Shown one piece after another: positions 1 to 9,016 of a stretch of 32,000 nucleotides of DNA. This DNA is from Microcystis aeruginosa NIES-843. Its GTDB lineage: Bacteria; Cyanobacteriota; Cyanobacteriia; Cyanobacteriales; Microcystaceae. The notes beneath the pieces were generated by a model. It had not been told where the DNA came from. It made no database searches and worked only from the letters and a program-made list of their open reading frames with translations. The first letter of the stretch is position 1. Every line of letters begins with the position of its first letter. The stretch is taken from assembly GCF_000010625.1 (NCBI RefSeq), contig NC_010296.1, positions 1,740,001 through 1,772,000 on the forward strand, given 5' to 3'. The translations under genes were made by a program, and so were the position numbers.

Positions 1-1
1 C

Positions 2-1930
2 CCGGCCATGGTCGCGGCGGGAGAAAATGTTGGAATCTATGCCACAGGAGGGGGGGACTACAAAGGAGTGATCCAGCGGCAATACGATACGGGCAAATGG
101 TCGCCCAAAGGCATTGTGATCGCTCCGGATGGGACTTCTACCGGGATTCGTCCCCGTCTGGGTGCCGAAAAAGCGATCATTTATGAGGCCCATGTACGCG
201 GTTTAAGCAATCACCCCTCCGCTAGTCGTTTAGAAGATATTCTCAAGGGAATTAGGGGTTTTGAGGAAGTGGCCAACGTTCCCGACCGGTACAGGGGAAC
301 TTATGCGGGAGCCGGCTATATGGCCAAATACCTAAAAGCGCTAGGATTTACCACGATCGAACTCTTACCAGTCCAAGAAACCGCTAACGATAATAACCCT
401 GACGATCGCCCCAGCGGTAACTATTGGGGTTACATGACCTTTGGTTATTTCGCCCCCGATCGCCGTTATGCTTATGATCGCTCCCCCGGGGGACCCACCA
501 GAGAATTTAAGGCCATGGTCAAAGCTTTCCACGACCAAGGCATGGAAGTTTATCTCGATGTGGTCTATAACCACACCGGAGAAGGGGGCAATTGGGGCAG
601 CAACGATGTCACCGGATTTGTTAGTTTTGGTGGTTTTGATGTGGTGGAATACTATCAACTCACCGATGAACATTATCTAGTCGATGGGGCCACCGGCTGC
701 GGAAATCAATTAAACTTTTCCCATATTGTCACCTGTAATCTGGTTCTTGATTCCCTCACCTATTGGTTAGAAACCATGGGAGTTGATGGTTTTCGTTTTG
801 ATCTGGCCCCCGTCCTCGGCCGAACTCCTTCTAGTCATCAACGAGAAGATCGGGGCAAACAAAAACAATTCTTCCCTAAACATACTTTGTTAGAAAAGAT
901 CGAGAAATTAGGCAAGAAATACGATGCGGAAATGATCGCCGAAGCTTGGGATAGCTGGGGTTACGAAGTGGGGAATTTCCCGACGGGTTGGGGCGAGTGG
1001 AATGGCCGTTATCGCGATGCAATTCGGCGTTTTTTAAAGGGAGATGGTAATACTTTTAAATTCATCGAACAGGTGAACGGAGATTATCACAATTTTAACG
1101 ACCAAGGCGGACCAGAAAAATCGATCGATTTTATTGTTGCCCACGATGGTTTTACCCTGATGGATTTGGTCAGTTATAACAGCAAAAATAACCTCACTCC
1201 CTGGCCCTTTGGTCCTTCCGATGGCGGCAATAGTAATAACGATTCTTGTGATTCTGGGGGTGATCAGGCCTTACGTCGCCAAAGATTACGCAACTTTTGG
1301 ACGATTCAATTTTTATCTCGCGGTGTGCCGATGACTGTCTGGGGCGATGAATTTGGCCGCAGCCAAAATGGTAATAATAATCCCTACAATATTGATAGTG
1401 TGGCCACTTGGAATAATTATGACATGATTGCCACCCGTTCACCCCATCTACTGCCCACGGGTTATCGGGAAGCTTATCACAATAATTTTGGCACGGGAAC
1501 TAATCAAGAAGAACGCAATCCTTTATTTATTTTTGCCGCTTATATTGCTCACTTAAGACAGAATCATACAGCCCTCAAACAGCGCCACTACGGTGATATG
1601 GTTCTCGATGCCAGTAATGATGTCACCTATTTATTTAAAAAAACCGATGGGGTTAGCGATTTAACTGCCGATGATCGCTGTATTTGGTTTTTAATTGATG
1701 GTAGTGCCGTCGGCGATCACGATTTTTTGGTGTTAATTAATATGTATCATCTGCCGGTGGATTTTCGTCTTCCCTCATCATCCAATAATTATCGTTGGCT
1801 AAGAATTATTGACACGGCCGCTTGGGCAGAAACCGATTATAATTGTTGGTCTGTGGATCAAGGGACAGTAATTGCCGATAACTATCAAGTCAATGGTTTT
1901 TCGATCGTGGTTTGCCAGGAGATTAACTGA
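2..1930 (+). CDS. glgX: Glycogen debranching enzyme / isoamylase-type GH13 (GlgX-like); 5' end cut by window edge
   Basis: The four GH13 conserved regions are present: DVVYNHT, GFRFDLA, MIAEAWD and FIVAHDGFTL, plus YEAHVRGL. The frame is open to base 2 and about 100 aa of the usual N-terminal domain is missing, so the ATG at 8 is probably internal. Confidence 0.85.
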   Translation, partial: PAMVAAGENVGIYATGGGDYKGVIQRQYDTGKWSPKGIVIAPDGTSTGIRPRLGAEKAIIYEAHVRGLSNHPSASRLEDILKGIRGFEEVANVPDRYRGTYAGAGYMAKYLKALGFTTIELLPVQETANDNNPDDRPSGNYWGYMTFGYFAPDRRYAYDRSPGGPTREFKAMVKAFHDQGMEVYLDVVYNHTGEGGNWGSNDVTGFVSFGGFDVVEYYQLTDEHYLVDGATGCGNQLNFSHIVTCNLVLDSLTYWLETMGVDGFRFDLAPVLGRTPSSHQREDRGKQKQFFPKHTLLEKIEKLGKKYDAEMIAEAWDSWGYEVGNFPTGWGEWNGRYRDAIRRFLKGDGNTFKFIEQVNGDYHNFNDQGGPEKSIDFIVAHDGFTLMDLVSYNSKNNLTPWPFGPSDGGNSNNDSCDSGGDQALRRQRLRNFWTIQFLSRGVPMTVWGDEFGRSQNGNNNPYNIDSVATWNNYDMIATRSPHLLPTGYREAYHNNFGTGTNQEERNPLFIFAAYIAHLRQNHTALKQRHYGDMVLDASNDVTYLFKKTDGVSDLTADDRCIWFLIDGSAVGDHDFLVLINMYHLPVDFRLPSSSNNYRWLRIIDTAAWAETDYNCWSVDQGTVIADNYQVNGFSIVVCQEIN

Positions 1931-2102
1931 ACTAACCAAACCCATATCGAGGGTAATTTAGAGACGGATCGGGCAGCCCACTAATATTGAGATCGAGATC
2001 GATTCTTAGCCGATTTCTGCTATATTTTTGGCAATAGGGAAATACCCACCCCAGCTGCATCTTATGTTTTGCAACCCGCACTTAGCCCAAAATTGCCGTT
2101 AA

Positions 2103-2753
2103 ATGTCTAAAACTAAAAGTAGTGTTATTATCCTAACCATAATTTGTATTATCGCCACAGCGATGGGAGTTTATCTAATCGATGGTATCGACTCCCAACA
2201 ATTACAGATATGGTTAAAACAAATGGGAATTATGGCCCCCATTTTGTATATTATTCTCTATACGATTGGGACAATTTTAATCCTGCCTTCTACCCCCTTA
2301 AACCTCAGTGGTGGGGCCATCTTTGGGGTAGTTATGGGAACAGTTTGGACAACGATCGCCGCTTTGGTGGCCGCTATAGTTGCCTTTGCTTTTACCCGTA
2401 CTATTGGCCGGGAATATACCGCCAAAAAATTTCAGGGAAAATGGCAAGCGATCGATGCAGAAATGCAGCAAGGCGGCCTATTTTATATGTTTGCTATCCG
2501 TCTATTACCGATTATTCCCTACGGTATCGTTAACTTTGTTGCGGGATTAACTTCTATCCGTTTTCGCGATTATTTGATCGGTACTTTATTAGGCACTGTC
2601 CCCGGAATTTTACCCTTTGTCATGATGGGTGCGGGTTTAAAATCTTTAGGAAAAGGCGATATATTGCCACTGATGGTGGCTTTTACCCTCATTGCTCTGT
2701 TAGTAGGTGTGGGAACTTGGTATCGTCGTCGTCGGCAATTTCCCTTTCAGTGA
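2103..2753 (+). CDS. TVP38/TMEM64 (DedA-related) family integral membrane protein
   Basis: 216 aa with multiple hydrophobic helices. The LLPIIPYGIVNFVAGLTSIRFRDYLIGTLLGTVPG segment is typical of the family. The stop codon lies inside a heptamer array. Confidence 0.7.
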   Translation: MSKTKSSVIILTIICIIATAMGVYLIDGIDSQQLQIWLKQMGIMAPILYIILYTIGTILILPSTPLNLSGGAIFGVVMGTVWTTIAALVAAIVAFAFTRTIGREYTAKKFQGKWQAIDAEMQQGGLFYMFAIRLLPIIPYGIVNFVAGLTSIRFRDYLIGTLLGTVPGILPFVMMGAGLKSLGKGDILPLMVAFTLIALLVGVGTWYRRRRQFPFQ

Positions 2754-2771
2754 TCAGTTATCAGTTATCAG
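2748..2771 (+). repeat. CAGTNAN heptamer array (cagtgat cagttat cagttat cag)
   Basis: Direct tandem 7-mers. The first unit provides the TGA stop (2751-2753) of the upstream CDS. The array ends 2 bp before the IS end. Confidence 0.9.
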
Positions 2772-2773
2772 AT

Positions 2774-3902
2774 TAGACCTCTTGCATAATTTTTTTATGG
2801 TATAATGGAAGGTTAGGCTTTTTTCTCAATTTTTAGATGGAAGTGGAAAAAAGAATAAAATGTGATCTTAGGTCAGGAAATCATCTATAATTTTGCTATG
2901 TTTATTAGCAAAATTATGGATTATCAAAACTTATCAGATGAACAGTTCAAACGCCGTTTCGGTGTGTATAAACAAACCTATAGAAAGATGGTAGAATCAG
3001 TAAAAAGTGTTGAAGCCGACTCTAATTCAGCATCTAAAAGGCGACCGAAACCTAAACTATCTATAGAAGAACAAGTTTTAGTAACGTTAGAATATTGGCG
3101 AGAATATAGAACATATTTTCACATTGGTACAAGCGGTCAACTATCAGAATCAACTATAGGTCGGATTGTAAATAAGACGGAAAAAATGCTTTGACAATCG
3201 GGAAACTTCCGTTTAAAAGGAAAAAAAGCTCTACTAAATCAAGCAGAGATACCGGTCGTAACGGTAATGGATGTAACGGAAACTCCCATTGAACGCCCTC
3301 AAAAGAAACAGAAAGATTTTTTTGGGGTAAAAGAGGTTATCATACTTGAAAATCTCAATTAGTAGCTGATAAAAATACCGAGGAAATTATCTGTGTCTGT
3401 TGTGGGAAAGGCAGCGGCCATGATTTTAGTTTATTTAAAAAAAGTCGAGTTCGTTTTCATCCTTTAACTACCAGCATAGAAGACAGTGGTTATCAGGGAA
3501 TAGCTGCATACCATAGGGGTTGCTGAATAATGTAGGAAACTCAAAATCTTGAAAATCTTATCCTGTAAATATCGGAATCGTCGTCGAAGATATAGTTTAA
3601 GAGTTAACTTGTTGGCGGCTATTTATAACTGTGAGTTAGGGATAGGTATAGCTGCTTCTTAAAAGTTGTCAAACATTAATCTAGTCAAGGAGAATTTATT
3701 CTCAATTTTTATTATAATTGAGATAGTTTATGCCGCTTAAATAAAGAGGTTTTGATAACCAAATTAAAGCATATCTAAAGAGTTTTGAGTTAAAAGTAAA
3801 ACTTCAGGTTTTTATTCATAACAAATGTACTAATTAACTAATTTTTTGGGTAAAATTAGTTAACCCACCATGACAACATATAATTAATTTGCAAGAGTTC
3901 TA
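2774..3902 (+). mobile_element. Degenerate IS4/IS5-superfamily insertion sequence, copy 1 (internally deleted)
   Basis: Imperfect terminal inverted repeats: tagacctcttgcataatt (2774-) versus the reverse complement of aatttgcaagagttcta (-3902). Both copies are flanked or terminated by TA. It is near-identical to 22899-24759 apart from insertions and a deletion. Confidence 0.8.
2916..3662 (+). pseudogene. IS transposase pseudogene (HTH + DDE, IS5-like)
   Basis: Starts MDYQNLSDEQFKRRFG; contains LEYWREYRTYFHIG (HTH) and VMDVTETPIERPQKKQK, then HT*KSQLVADKNTEEIICVCCGKGSGHDFSLFK...EDSGYQGIAAYH, ending ...RKLKILKILSCKYRNRRRRYSLRVNLLAAIYNCEL. Defects: in-frame TGA at 3192-3194, a frame change at the T7 run 3317-3323, TGA at 3347-3349, and an internal deletion after 3532. 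Confidence 0.75.
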
Positions 3903-4025
3903 GTTTTTCTATTAAGCTCAACATATATTTTAAAGGTTGGCGGTCACTCCTCATTTTACCTGACAGTGATCGCTTTTACTTTTGATATCCTGATCGGAGA
4001 ATGAAACAGCCCTAGGGGCAAGGGT

Positions 4026-4078
4026 GGGGGAGATTCGGCTAATCTAAGAATAAGCGGTTTAAATACGTCTTAGCTTAG
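4026..4078. repeat. 53-bp exact repeat; inverted partner at 9600-9652
   Basis: gggggagattcggctaatctaagaataagcggtttaaatacgtcttagcttag is the exact reverse complement of 9600-9652. Identity breaks on both sides. Confidence 0.9.
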
Positions 4079-4116
4079 TAGATATGTATGGGGAAGTTCA
4101 GTTATGATAGTTTTCT

Positions 4117-4150
4117 AAAAAAATACCTAACCAAATTTTTGGCTAGGTAT
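4117..4150 (-). terminator. Rho-independent terminator downstream of fabD
   Basis: On the minus strand: 10-bp stem AUACCUAGCC / GGUUAGGUAU (one G-U pair), 8-nt loop, then a run of 6-7 U. It starts 42 nt after the fabD stop. Confidence 0.6.
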
Positions 4151-4191
4151 CTATCAATCTACTTCCTTTGTCGAAAATGTTGCCAGATAAT

Positions 4192-5118
4192 TTAACCAAC
4201 ACCAATTAATGAACCCTGCAATTTAACATCTTCGCTACCCTTGGATATATCGGCTAATTGACTGATATTTTCTAACTCAATTGCAGGAACAGTTCGTTTA
4301 ATTAAACCAGTTAAAACTTTACCCGGTCCCACTTCGATCGCTTTTTCCACACCCACATCCAGCAATTTTAACATAATTTCTCGCCATCTTACGGAGCTAG
4401 TCATCTGCTGAATGAGATAACTTTTTAATTCCTCCGCATCGTTGATCGGTTGGCTAGGATTAACATTAGAAATAACGGGAACTTTGGCAGACCGAAAATT
4501 AACTAATTCTAAAATCTGCTGAAACTGAATAGCAGCATTTTCCATCAAGGGAGAGTGAAAAGCACCGGATACTTTTAACGGCATAACGCGCTTAACTTTC
4601 ACTTGACCTAATACCAAATCCACCGCTGCAGGAGTCCCAGAAATCACCACTTGTTCGGCACTATTATCATTAGCAATAACTACATTTTCCGTCTGATTAA
4701 TCACTGTCTCTAGACTGGTGCGATCGAATTTCATTAAGGCGGCCATTTTACCACCTTCGGCCGCATCCATCAAACGGGAACGGTTTTGAACTAGATTTAA
4801 TCCTGTTTCAAAATTAAACACCCTGGCCGCATACAAAGCCGAATATTCACCAAGACTATGACCGGCAACTAGATCGGGAAAATGACCTTTTTCTTGCAAC
4901 AAATCCGCTAAAATACTCTCCACCACAAATAAACAAGGTTGGGTATAAAGAGTACGAGATAGGGTTTCTTCATCCCCTTGACATTTTTCCAAGACCGACC
5001 ACCCGAGGATTCTTTCTGCTATTTCTAATCTCTCTTGGCCAAGCGCACTTTCCGCTAAATCTCCAATCATTCCTAACGCTTGCGATCCTTGTCCAGGGAA
5101 TATCCACGCTGTTTTCAT
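4192..5118 (-). CDS. fabD: Malonyl-CoA:ACP transacylase
   Basis: MKTAWIFPGQGSQ N-terminus, GHSLGEYSA active-site serine motif, GAFHSPLM; 308 aa. Confidence 0.92.
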   Translation of the reverse strand: MKTAWIFPGQGSQALGMIGDLAESALGQERLEIAERILGWSVLEKCQGDEETLSRTLYTQPCLFVVESILADLLQEKGHFPDLVAGHSLGEYSALYAARVFNFETGLNLVQNRSRLMDAAEGGKMAALMKFDRTSLETVINQTENVVIANDNSAEQVVISGTPAAVDLVLGQVKVKRVMPLKVSGAFHSPLMENAAIQFQQILELVNFRSAKVPVISNVNPSQPINDAEELKSYLIQQMTSSVRWREIMLKLLDVGVEKAIEVGPGKVLTGLIKRTVPAIELENISQLADISKGSEDVKLQGSLIGVG

Positions 5119-5153
5119 AAGTTCTTAAAATAGATAGATAGATGTGTTTGGGT

Positions 5154-5184
5154 CAGTGATCAGTGATCAGTTATCAGTTATCAG
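5154..5184 (+). repeat. CAGTNAN heptamer array (cagtgat x2, cagttat x2, cag)
   Basis: Tandem 7-mers in the fabH-fabD intergenic region, inverted relative to 5199-5275. Confidence 0.9.
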
Positions 5185-5198
5185 ATGTGAGTTTTTAG

Positions 5199-5275
5199 TT
5201 TACTGTTTACTGTTTACTGTTTACTGGTTACTGTTTACTGTTTACTGATCACTGGTTACTGTTTACTGATCACTG
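5199..5275 (-). repeat. CAGTNAN heptamer array, 11 units in opposite orientation (tttactg/gttactg/atcactg)
   Basis: Eleven contiguous 7-mers. Read on the minus strand they are cagtaaa, cagtaac and cagtgat. The array ends 2 bp from the fabH stop codon. Confidence 0.9.
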
Positions 5276-5277
5276 AA

Positions 5278-6279
5278 TTAATCTCCCCAACGGAAGATAA
5301 TCCCACCCCAAGTTAAACCGGCACCAAAGCCAGAAGAAGCAATAATATCACCTTTTTTGACCTTACCACTCCTGACAGCTTCATCGAGGGCTAGAGGAAT
5401 CGAGGCTGCGGAAGTGTTGCCATACTCGCTGAGATTGCTGATCACTTTTTCCGGAGGCAGTTTCAGGCGCTCGCTCACCGCGTCCATAATTCTTTGATTA
5501 GCTTGGTGCAAAACTAGCCAATCGATGTCACTGGTGGTTAAATTAGCCCGATAGAGAGCTTTTTCGATGACCTCTGGCACTTTCGCCACGGCAAAACGAT
5601 AGACTTCCCGTCCGTTCATCCTTAGGGGCTTATAGGTCCCTTTTTGAACCCTTATCCCCTGCTTAAGGGGCAATTCTTCCCCCTCATAGGCGAGATTGAG
5701 AGAACCATTCTGACTGCCGTCGCTATGGAGTTCAAAACCGAGAATGTTATCTTTTGTATCATTTGCTTGACAAACCACCGCCCCTGCCCCATCTCCAAAG
5801 AGGACACAGGTAGCGCGATCGTTCCAATCCACCCAACGGGAGAGAACATCGGCCCCGATAACCAAGACATTGCGGTAAGTACCAGTACGGATAAACTGGG
5901 TGGCGGTGACTAATCCCACCAGAAAACCCGAACAGGCGGCGGTGAGATCAAAAGCGATCGCCCGATTGGCCCCGATCTGACTTTGAACTTGGGCGGCACT
6001 ACCGAACAGATCATCGGGGGTAGAAGTAGCCAAGAGAATCAGATCGATGTCCCTAGGCGACACCTGAGCCATTTCCAGAGCCTTAATCGCCGCTTGGGCT
6101 GCTAATTGGCTCAAAGACACCGATCGATCCGCTAAATGGCGTTTACCGATGCCTGTGCGACTTTTAATCCACTCATCGGAAGTCTCGACAATTTGGCTGA
6201 GTTCCTCATTACTAAGAAATTGCGCTGGTGTGGCCGATCCACAACCGGTAATGACGACTGCTGCCCCGAATCCGTTCAA
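5278..6279 (-). CDS. fabH: 3-oxoacyl-ACP synthase III (KAS III)
   Basis: [22 protein letters not shown], active-site [23 protein letters not shown]; 333 aa. The apparent start is TTG at 6279, with an in-frame TGA 18 nt upstream and a G-rich SD-like aaaggggg. Confidence 0.92.
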   Translation of the reverse strand: MNGFGAAVVITGCGSATPAQFLSNEELSQIVETSDEWIKSRTGIGKRHLADRSVSLSQLAAQAAIKALEMAQVSPRDIDLILLATSTPDDLFGSAAQVQSQIGANRAIAFDLTAACSGFLVGLVTATQFIRTGTYRNVLVIGADVLSRWVDWNDRATCVLFGDGAGAVVCQANDTKDNILGFELHSDGSQNGSLNLAYEGEELPLKQGIRVQKGTYKPLRMNGREVYRFAVAKVPEVIEKALYRANLTTSDIDWLVLHQANQRIMDAVSERLKLPPEKVISNLSEYGNTSAASIPLALDEAVRSGKVKKGDIIASSGFGAGLTWGGIIFRWGD

Positions 6280-6295
6280 AATATTCCCCCTTTTT

Positions 6296-6378
6296 CAGTT
6301 ATCAGTTATCAGTTATCAGTTATCAGTGGGTCAGTTATCAGTGGGTCAGTTATCAGTGGGTCAGTTATCAGTGACCAG
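6296..6378 (+). repeat. Heptamer array with 15-bp higher-order unit (cagttat x4, then [cagtgggt cagttat] x3, cagtgac cag)
   Basis: Read directly. The array begins 17 bp from the fabH start codon. The ORF-track ORFs 6136..6384 and 6149..6391 are read-through artefacts of it. Confidence 0.9.
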
Positions 6379-6426
6379 ATTTGAGTATTAGGTAAGCAGT
6401 ATTAAATAGCAGTTTCCCACCGTCTT

Positions 6427-6452
6427 TTCACTGATTACTGATTACTGATAAC
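6427..6452 (-). repeat. Heptamer array in opposite orientation (ttcactg attactg attactg ataac)
   Basis: Inverted relative to 6296-6378. It lies 18 bp downstream of the plsX stop (6470-6472). Confidence 0.85.
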
Positions 6453-6469
6453 AGCAAAAGGATGACAGC

Positions 6470-7525
6470 TTAATCTTCAACGTTCACCGACAACTTTTTT
6501 AATTGATGATGGTGGTCATTGTAGGCTTGAATGCGCTCAGAAACGCGATTATCAACGGCATTTTTTGCCTGTCGGATAGCGTTAAAAATTGAAGGCGCTT
6601 GGGAACTGCCGTGACTGATCACACAGACCCCATCGACTCCAAATAACAGTGCGCCACCGTGTTCCGCATGATCCATGCGTTGTTTGATCTGTTTAAGATT
6701 GGGTTTAATTAAAGCCGTCCCGACTTTACCCTGTATCCCCTTAGGTAATTCCTCTTTGAGAATTTGTAGGATAATTCCCCCCACCGCTTCGGCAAATTTT
6801 AACAGGACATTACCGACAAAACCATCGCAGACGATCACATCAAATTGTCCCGATAGCACATCCCGGCCTTCCGCATTGCCGATAAAGGGAATTTGCTGGT
6901 TATTTTCTAATAATTCGTAGGTTTTTAGGGCGAGATCGTTACCTTTGCTGGCTTCTTCGCCAATATTGAGTAAACCAACTTGCGGTTCTTCAACACCCAT
7001 AACGTATTTACTGTAAATTGTCCCCATTAGGGCAAACTGCTCTAAATATTTGGGTTTACAGTCCACATTCGCCCCGACATCGAGGATAATCACCGATTTA
7101 CCCGCCAACATCGTCGGCAGCACCGCACCGATCGCCGGGCGATCGATTCCTTTTAAACGACCTAAACGCAGTAACGCTGCCGCCATGGCTGCCCCGGAGT
7201 GACCGGCGGACACCACCGCATCGGCGCGATTTTGTTTGACTAAATCCATGGCCACATTAATCGAGGCCGCTGGTTTGCGACGGATAGCGGTGATCGGTTC
7301 TTCGTCCATGGCCACCACTTCCTCTGCGTGGACGATGGTGAGATTCTTGGGACGGGGATGATGCTGGAAATAAGCCTCAATCCGTTCAGAATCGCCGACT
7401 AATAATACTTCTACATCTAATTCTTCGGAAGCTCGCATCGATCCCGCGATAATCTCGTTGGGAGCGTGGTCACCTCCCATCGCATCTACCGCGATTCTTG
7501 CCCGATTTAATGCCGTTTCTGCCAT
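6470..7525 (-). CDS. plsX: Phosphate:acyl-ACP acyltransferase
   Basis: RIAVDAMGGDHAP N-terminal motif, SAGHSGA, DVGAN, ISHGSS. The longest ORF starts with TTG at 7576. The ATG at 7525 (MAETALNRARIAVDAMGGD) gives a typical ~351-aa PlsX, so it is preferred. Confidence 0.88.
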   Translation of the reverse strand: MAETALNRARIAVDAMGGDHAPNEIIAGSMRASEELDVEVLLVGDSERIEAYFQHHPRPKNLTIVHAEEVVAMDEEPITAIRRKPAASINVAMDLVKQNRADAVVSAGHSGAAMAAALLRLGRLKGIDRPAIGAVLPTMLAGKSVIILDVGANVDCKPKYLEQFALMGTIYSKYVMGVEEPQVGLLNIGEEASKGNDLALKTYELLENNQQIPFIGNAEGRDVLSGQFDVIVCDGFVGNVLLKFAEAVGGIILQILKEELPKGIQGKVGTALIKPNLKQIKQRMDHAEHGGALLFGVDGVCVISHGSSQAPSIFNAIRQAKNAVDNRVSERIQAYNDHHHQLKKLSVNVED

Positions 7526-7674
7526 TGAGTCAGTGGGATAGAAATCTTTAATAAGTTGAGCGGCAGCTCTTGACAAAAGCTGGCCGATCGAGGATTAGTG
7601 TTTTCTGATCGAGCAATTGTTAAAAATTACCAATCATCTCTATACAATAAGGCATCATTGCGATTAAGGAAAAG

Positions 7675-8967
7675 ATGTTCTCAGTTTTTAATTTGGCAGT
7701 TTTCGGCTTTCTCTTGGGTTGGTTGGGGGGGCAATCCCAACCTATCGCCAATATTCCCCTAATTTCTTGGCAAAATCAACCTATTTTCCACCTTCCCACC
7801 GCTCCCGATCCCCGGGTGGCGGCGATCGTGGCCGATTATCTGCAAGACTTGACTAAAAAAGGTTTAAACTCTAGTCAACAACGGGTCTTAATTGAGACGG
7901 AATGGGCTGATTTAGCCGATCATCAGGGTAATATGCCCGCTTCAGCCGCCTCTTTAACTAAAATCGCCACTACTCTCGCCGCCGTGGAAACCTGGCCTCT
8001 CGATCATCGTTTTGCTACTCGTTTTTACAGCACGGGAGAGGTAAAAAACGGGGTGTTAGAGGGAGATTTAATTATTGAAGGGCAAGGGGATCCTCTGTTT
8101 GTCTGGGAAGAAGCGATCGCAGTGGGCAATGGCCTCGATCAATTAGGTATCCGTCAGGTCAAAGGCGATCTGATCATTACGGGTAAATTCGCCATGAATT
8201 TTCAAACCGATCCCCTCAAAGCGGGAGAATTGCTGAAAATTGGGCTTGATCAATCGAAATGGTCAAAAGAAACCCAAAAAGCTTTTAAGAGTCTTCCTAG
8301 CGGCACACAAGCCCCACAGGTGAAGATTTTGGGCATGGTTCGAGCCAGTCAAATTCGCCCCGAAAATGCCCGATTATTATTGCGTCATCAGTCCTTAACT
8401 TTAACGGAACTGTTGCGTCAGATGAATATTTATAGTAACAACGTCATGTCAGAAATGTTAGCGGAACTGCTCGGTGGCCCCGCGGCAGTGGACGCAATTA
8501 ATACTAAAATCACTGGGGTAGGAGCGGAAGAAATTCAATTAATTAATGGTTCGGGATTGGGGGTAGAAAATCGCTTGTCTCCCCGGGCAGTTATTGAGAT
8601 TCTCAAGGCCTTGGATCGCAAGTTAGCCAATCAACCGATACAAGTCGCCGATTTATTTCCGGTGGGGGGACGCGATACCAAAGGAACTATGCAGTGGCGC
8701 GCCATTCCCAAAGGAGTGGTGATTAAAACTGGAACTTTGGCCCAAGTTAGCGCCTTAGCCGGAGAAATTCCCACCCAAGAAAGGGGTAAAGTTTGGTTTG
8801 TGATTATGAATGCTGGTAGTAGCAATATCGAGGGATTCAGAAATCAGCAGGATCGAGTTTTACAAGCTTTAGATCAACACTGGCAAATTCTCCCGGAAGC
8901 TACTAAAGGATCGATTCCTGAAAGAGCTTTTTTAGGTGATCCCAGTCGGGTCAGTCAGGGTTTCTAG
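7675..8967 (+). CDS. dacB: D-alanyl-D-alanine carboxypeptidase/endopeptidase, PBP4 (peptidase S13) family
   Basis: The three penicillin-binding motifs are in the correct order: SLTK (ASLTKIATT), SNN (IYSNNVMSE) and KTG (VIKTGTL). Hydrophobic N-terminal signal/anchor. Confidence 0.8.
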   Translation: MFSVFNLAVFGFLLGWLGGQSQPIANIPLISWQNQPIFHLPTAPDPRVAAIVADYLQDLTKKGLNSSQQRVLIETEWADLADHQGNMPASAASLTKIATTLAAVETWPLDHRFATRFYSTGEVKNGVLEGDLIIEGQGDPLFVWEEAIAVGNGLDQLGIRQVKGDLIITGKFAMNFQTDPLKAGELLKIGLDQSKWSKETQKAFKSLPSGTQAPQVKILGMVRASQIRPENARLLLRHQSLTLTELLRQMNIYSNNVMSEMLAELLGGPAAVDAINTKITGVGAEEIQLINGSGLGVENRLSPRAVIEILKALDRKLANQPIQVADLFPVGGRDTKGTMQWRAIPKGVVIKTGTLAQVSALAGEIPTQERGKVWFVIMNAGSSNIEGFRNQQDRVLQALDQHWQILPEATKGSIPERAFLGDPSRVSQGF

Positions 8968-9016
8968 AATTGATTGGCTAAAATGTAACTGTCTGCTATA
9001 GCTCAAGGTAAAATTA

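Noticed and set aside
365-1442. ORFs 365..673(-), 441..680(+) and 1194..1442(-) inside glgX
   Set aside because: They are fully nested in, or antisense to, a strongly supported GH13 CDS, with no motifs. The same reasoning rejects other nested ORFs: 2144..2533; 5644..5913 and 5652..5870 (in fabH); 6675..6920; 8631..8825; 12502..12696; 13529..13765; 15020..15292; 16456..16674, 16479..16661 and 16565..16900 (in purA); 18919..19170; 21956..22327, 22183..22377 and 22212..22553 (in the dnaJ-like gene); 26859..27056; and 28176..28487, 29819..30046 and 30083..30271 (in the kinase).
6136-6391. ORFs 6136..6384 and 6149..6391 (+) encoding ...SVISYQLSVISGSVISG...
   Set aside because: They are antisense to the fabH 5' end and then read through the stop-free cagttat array. 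The low-complexity periodic peptide is a repeat artefact.
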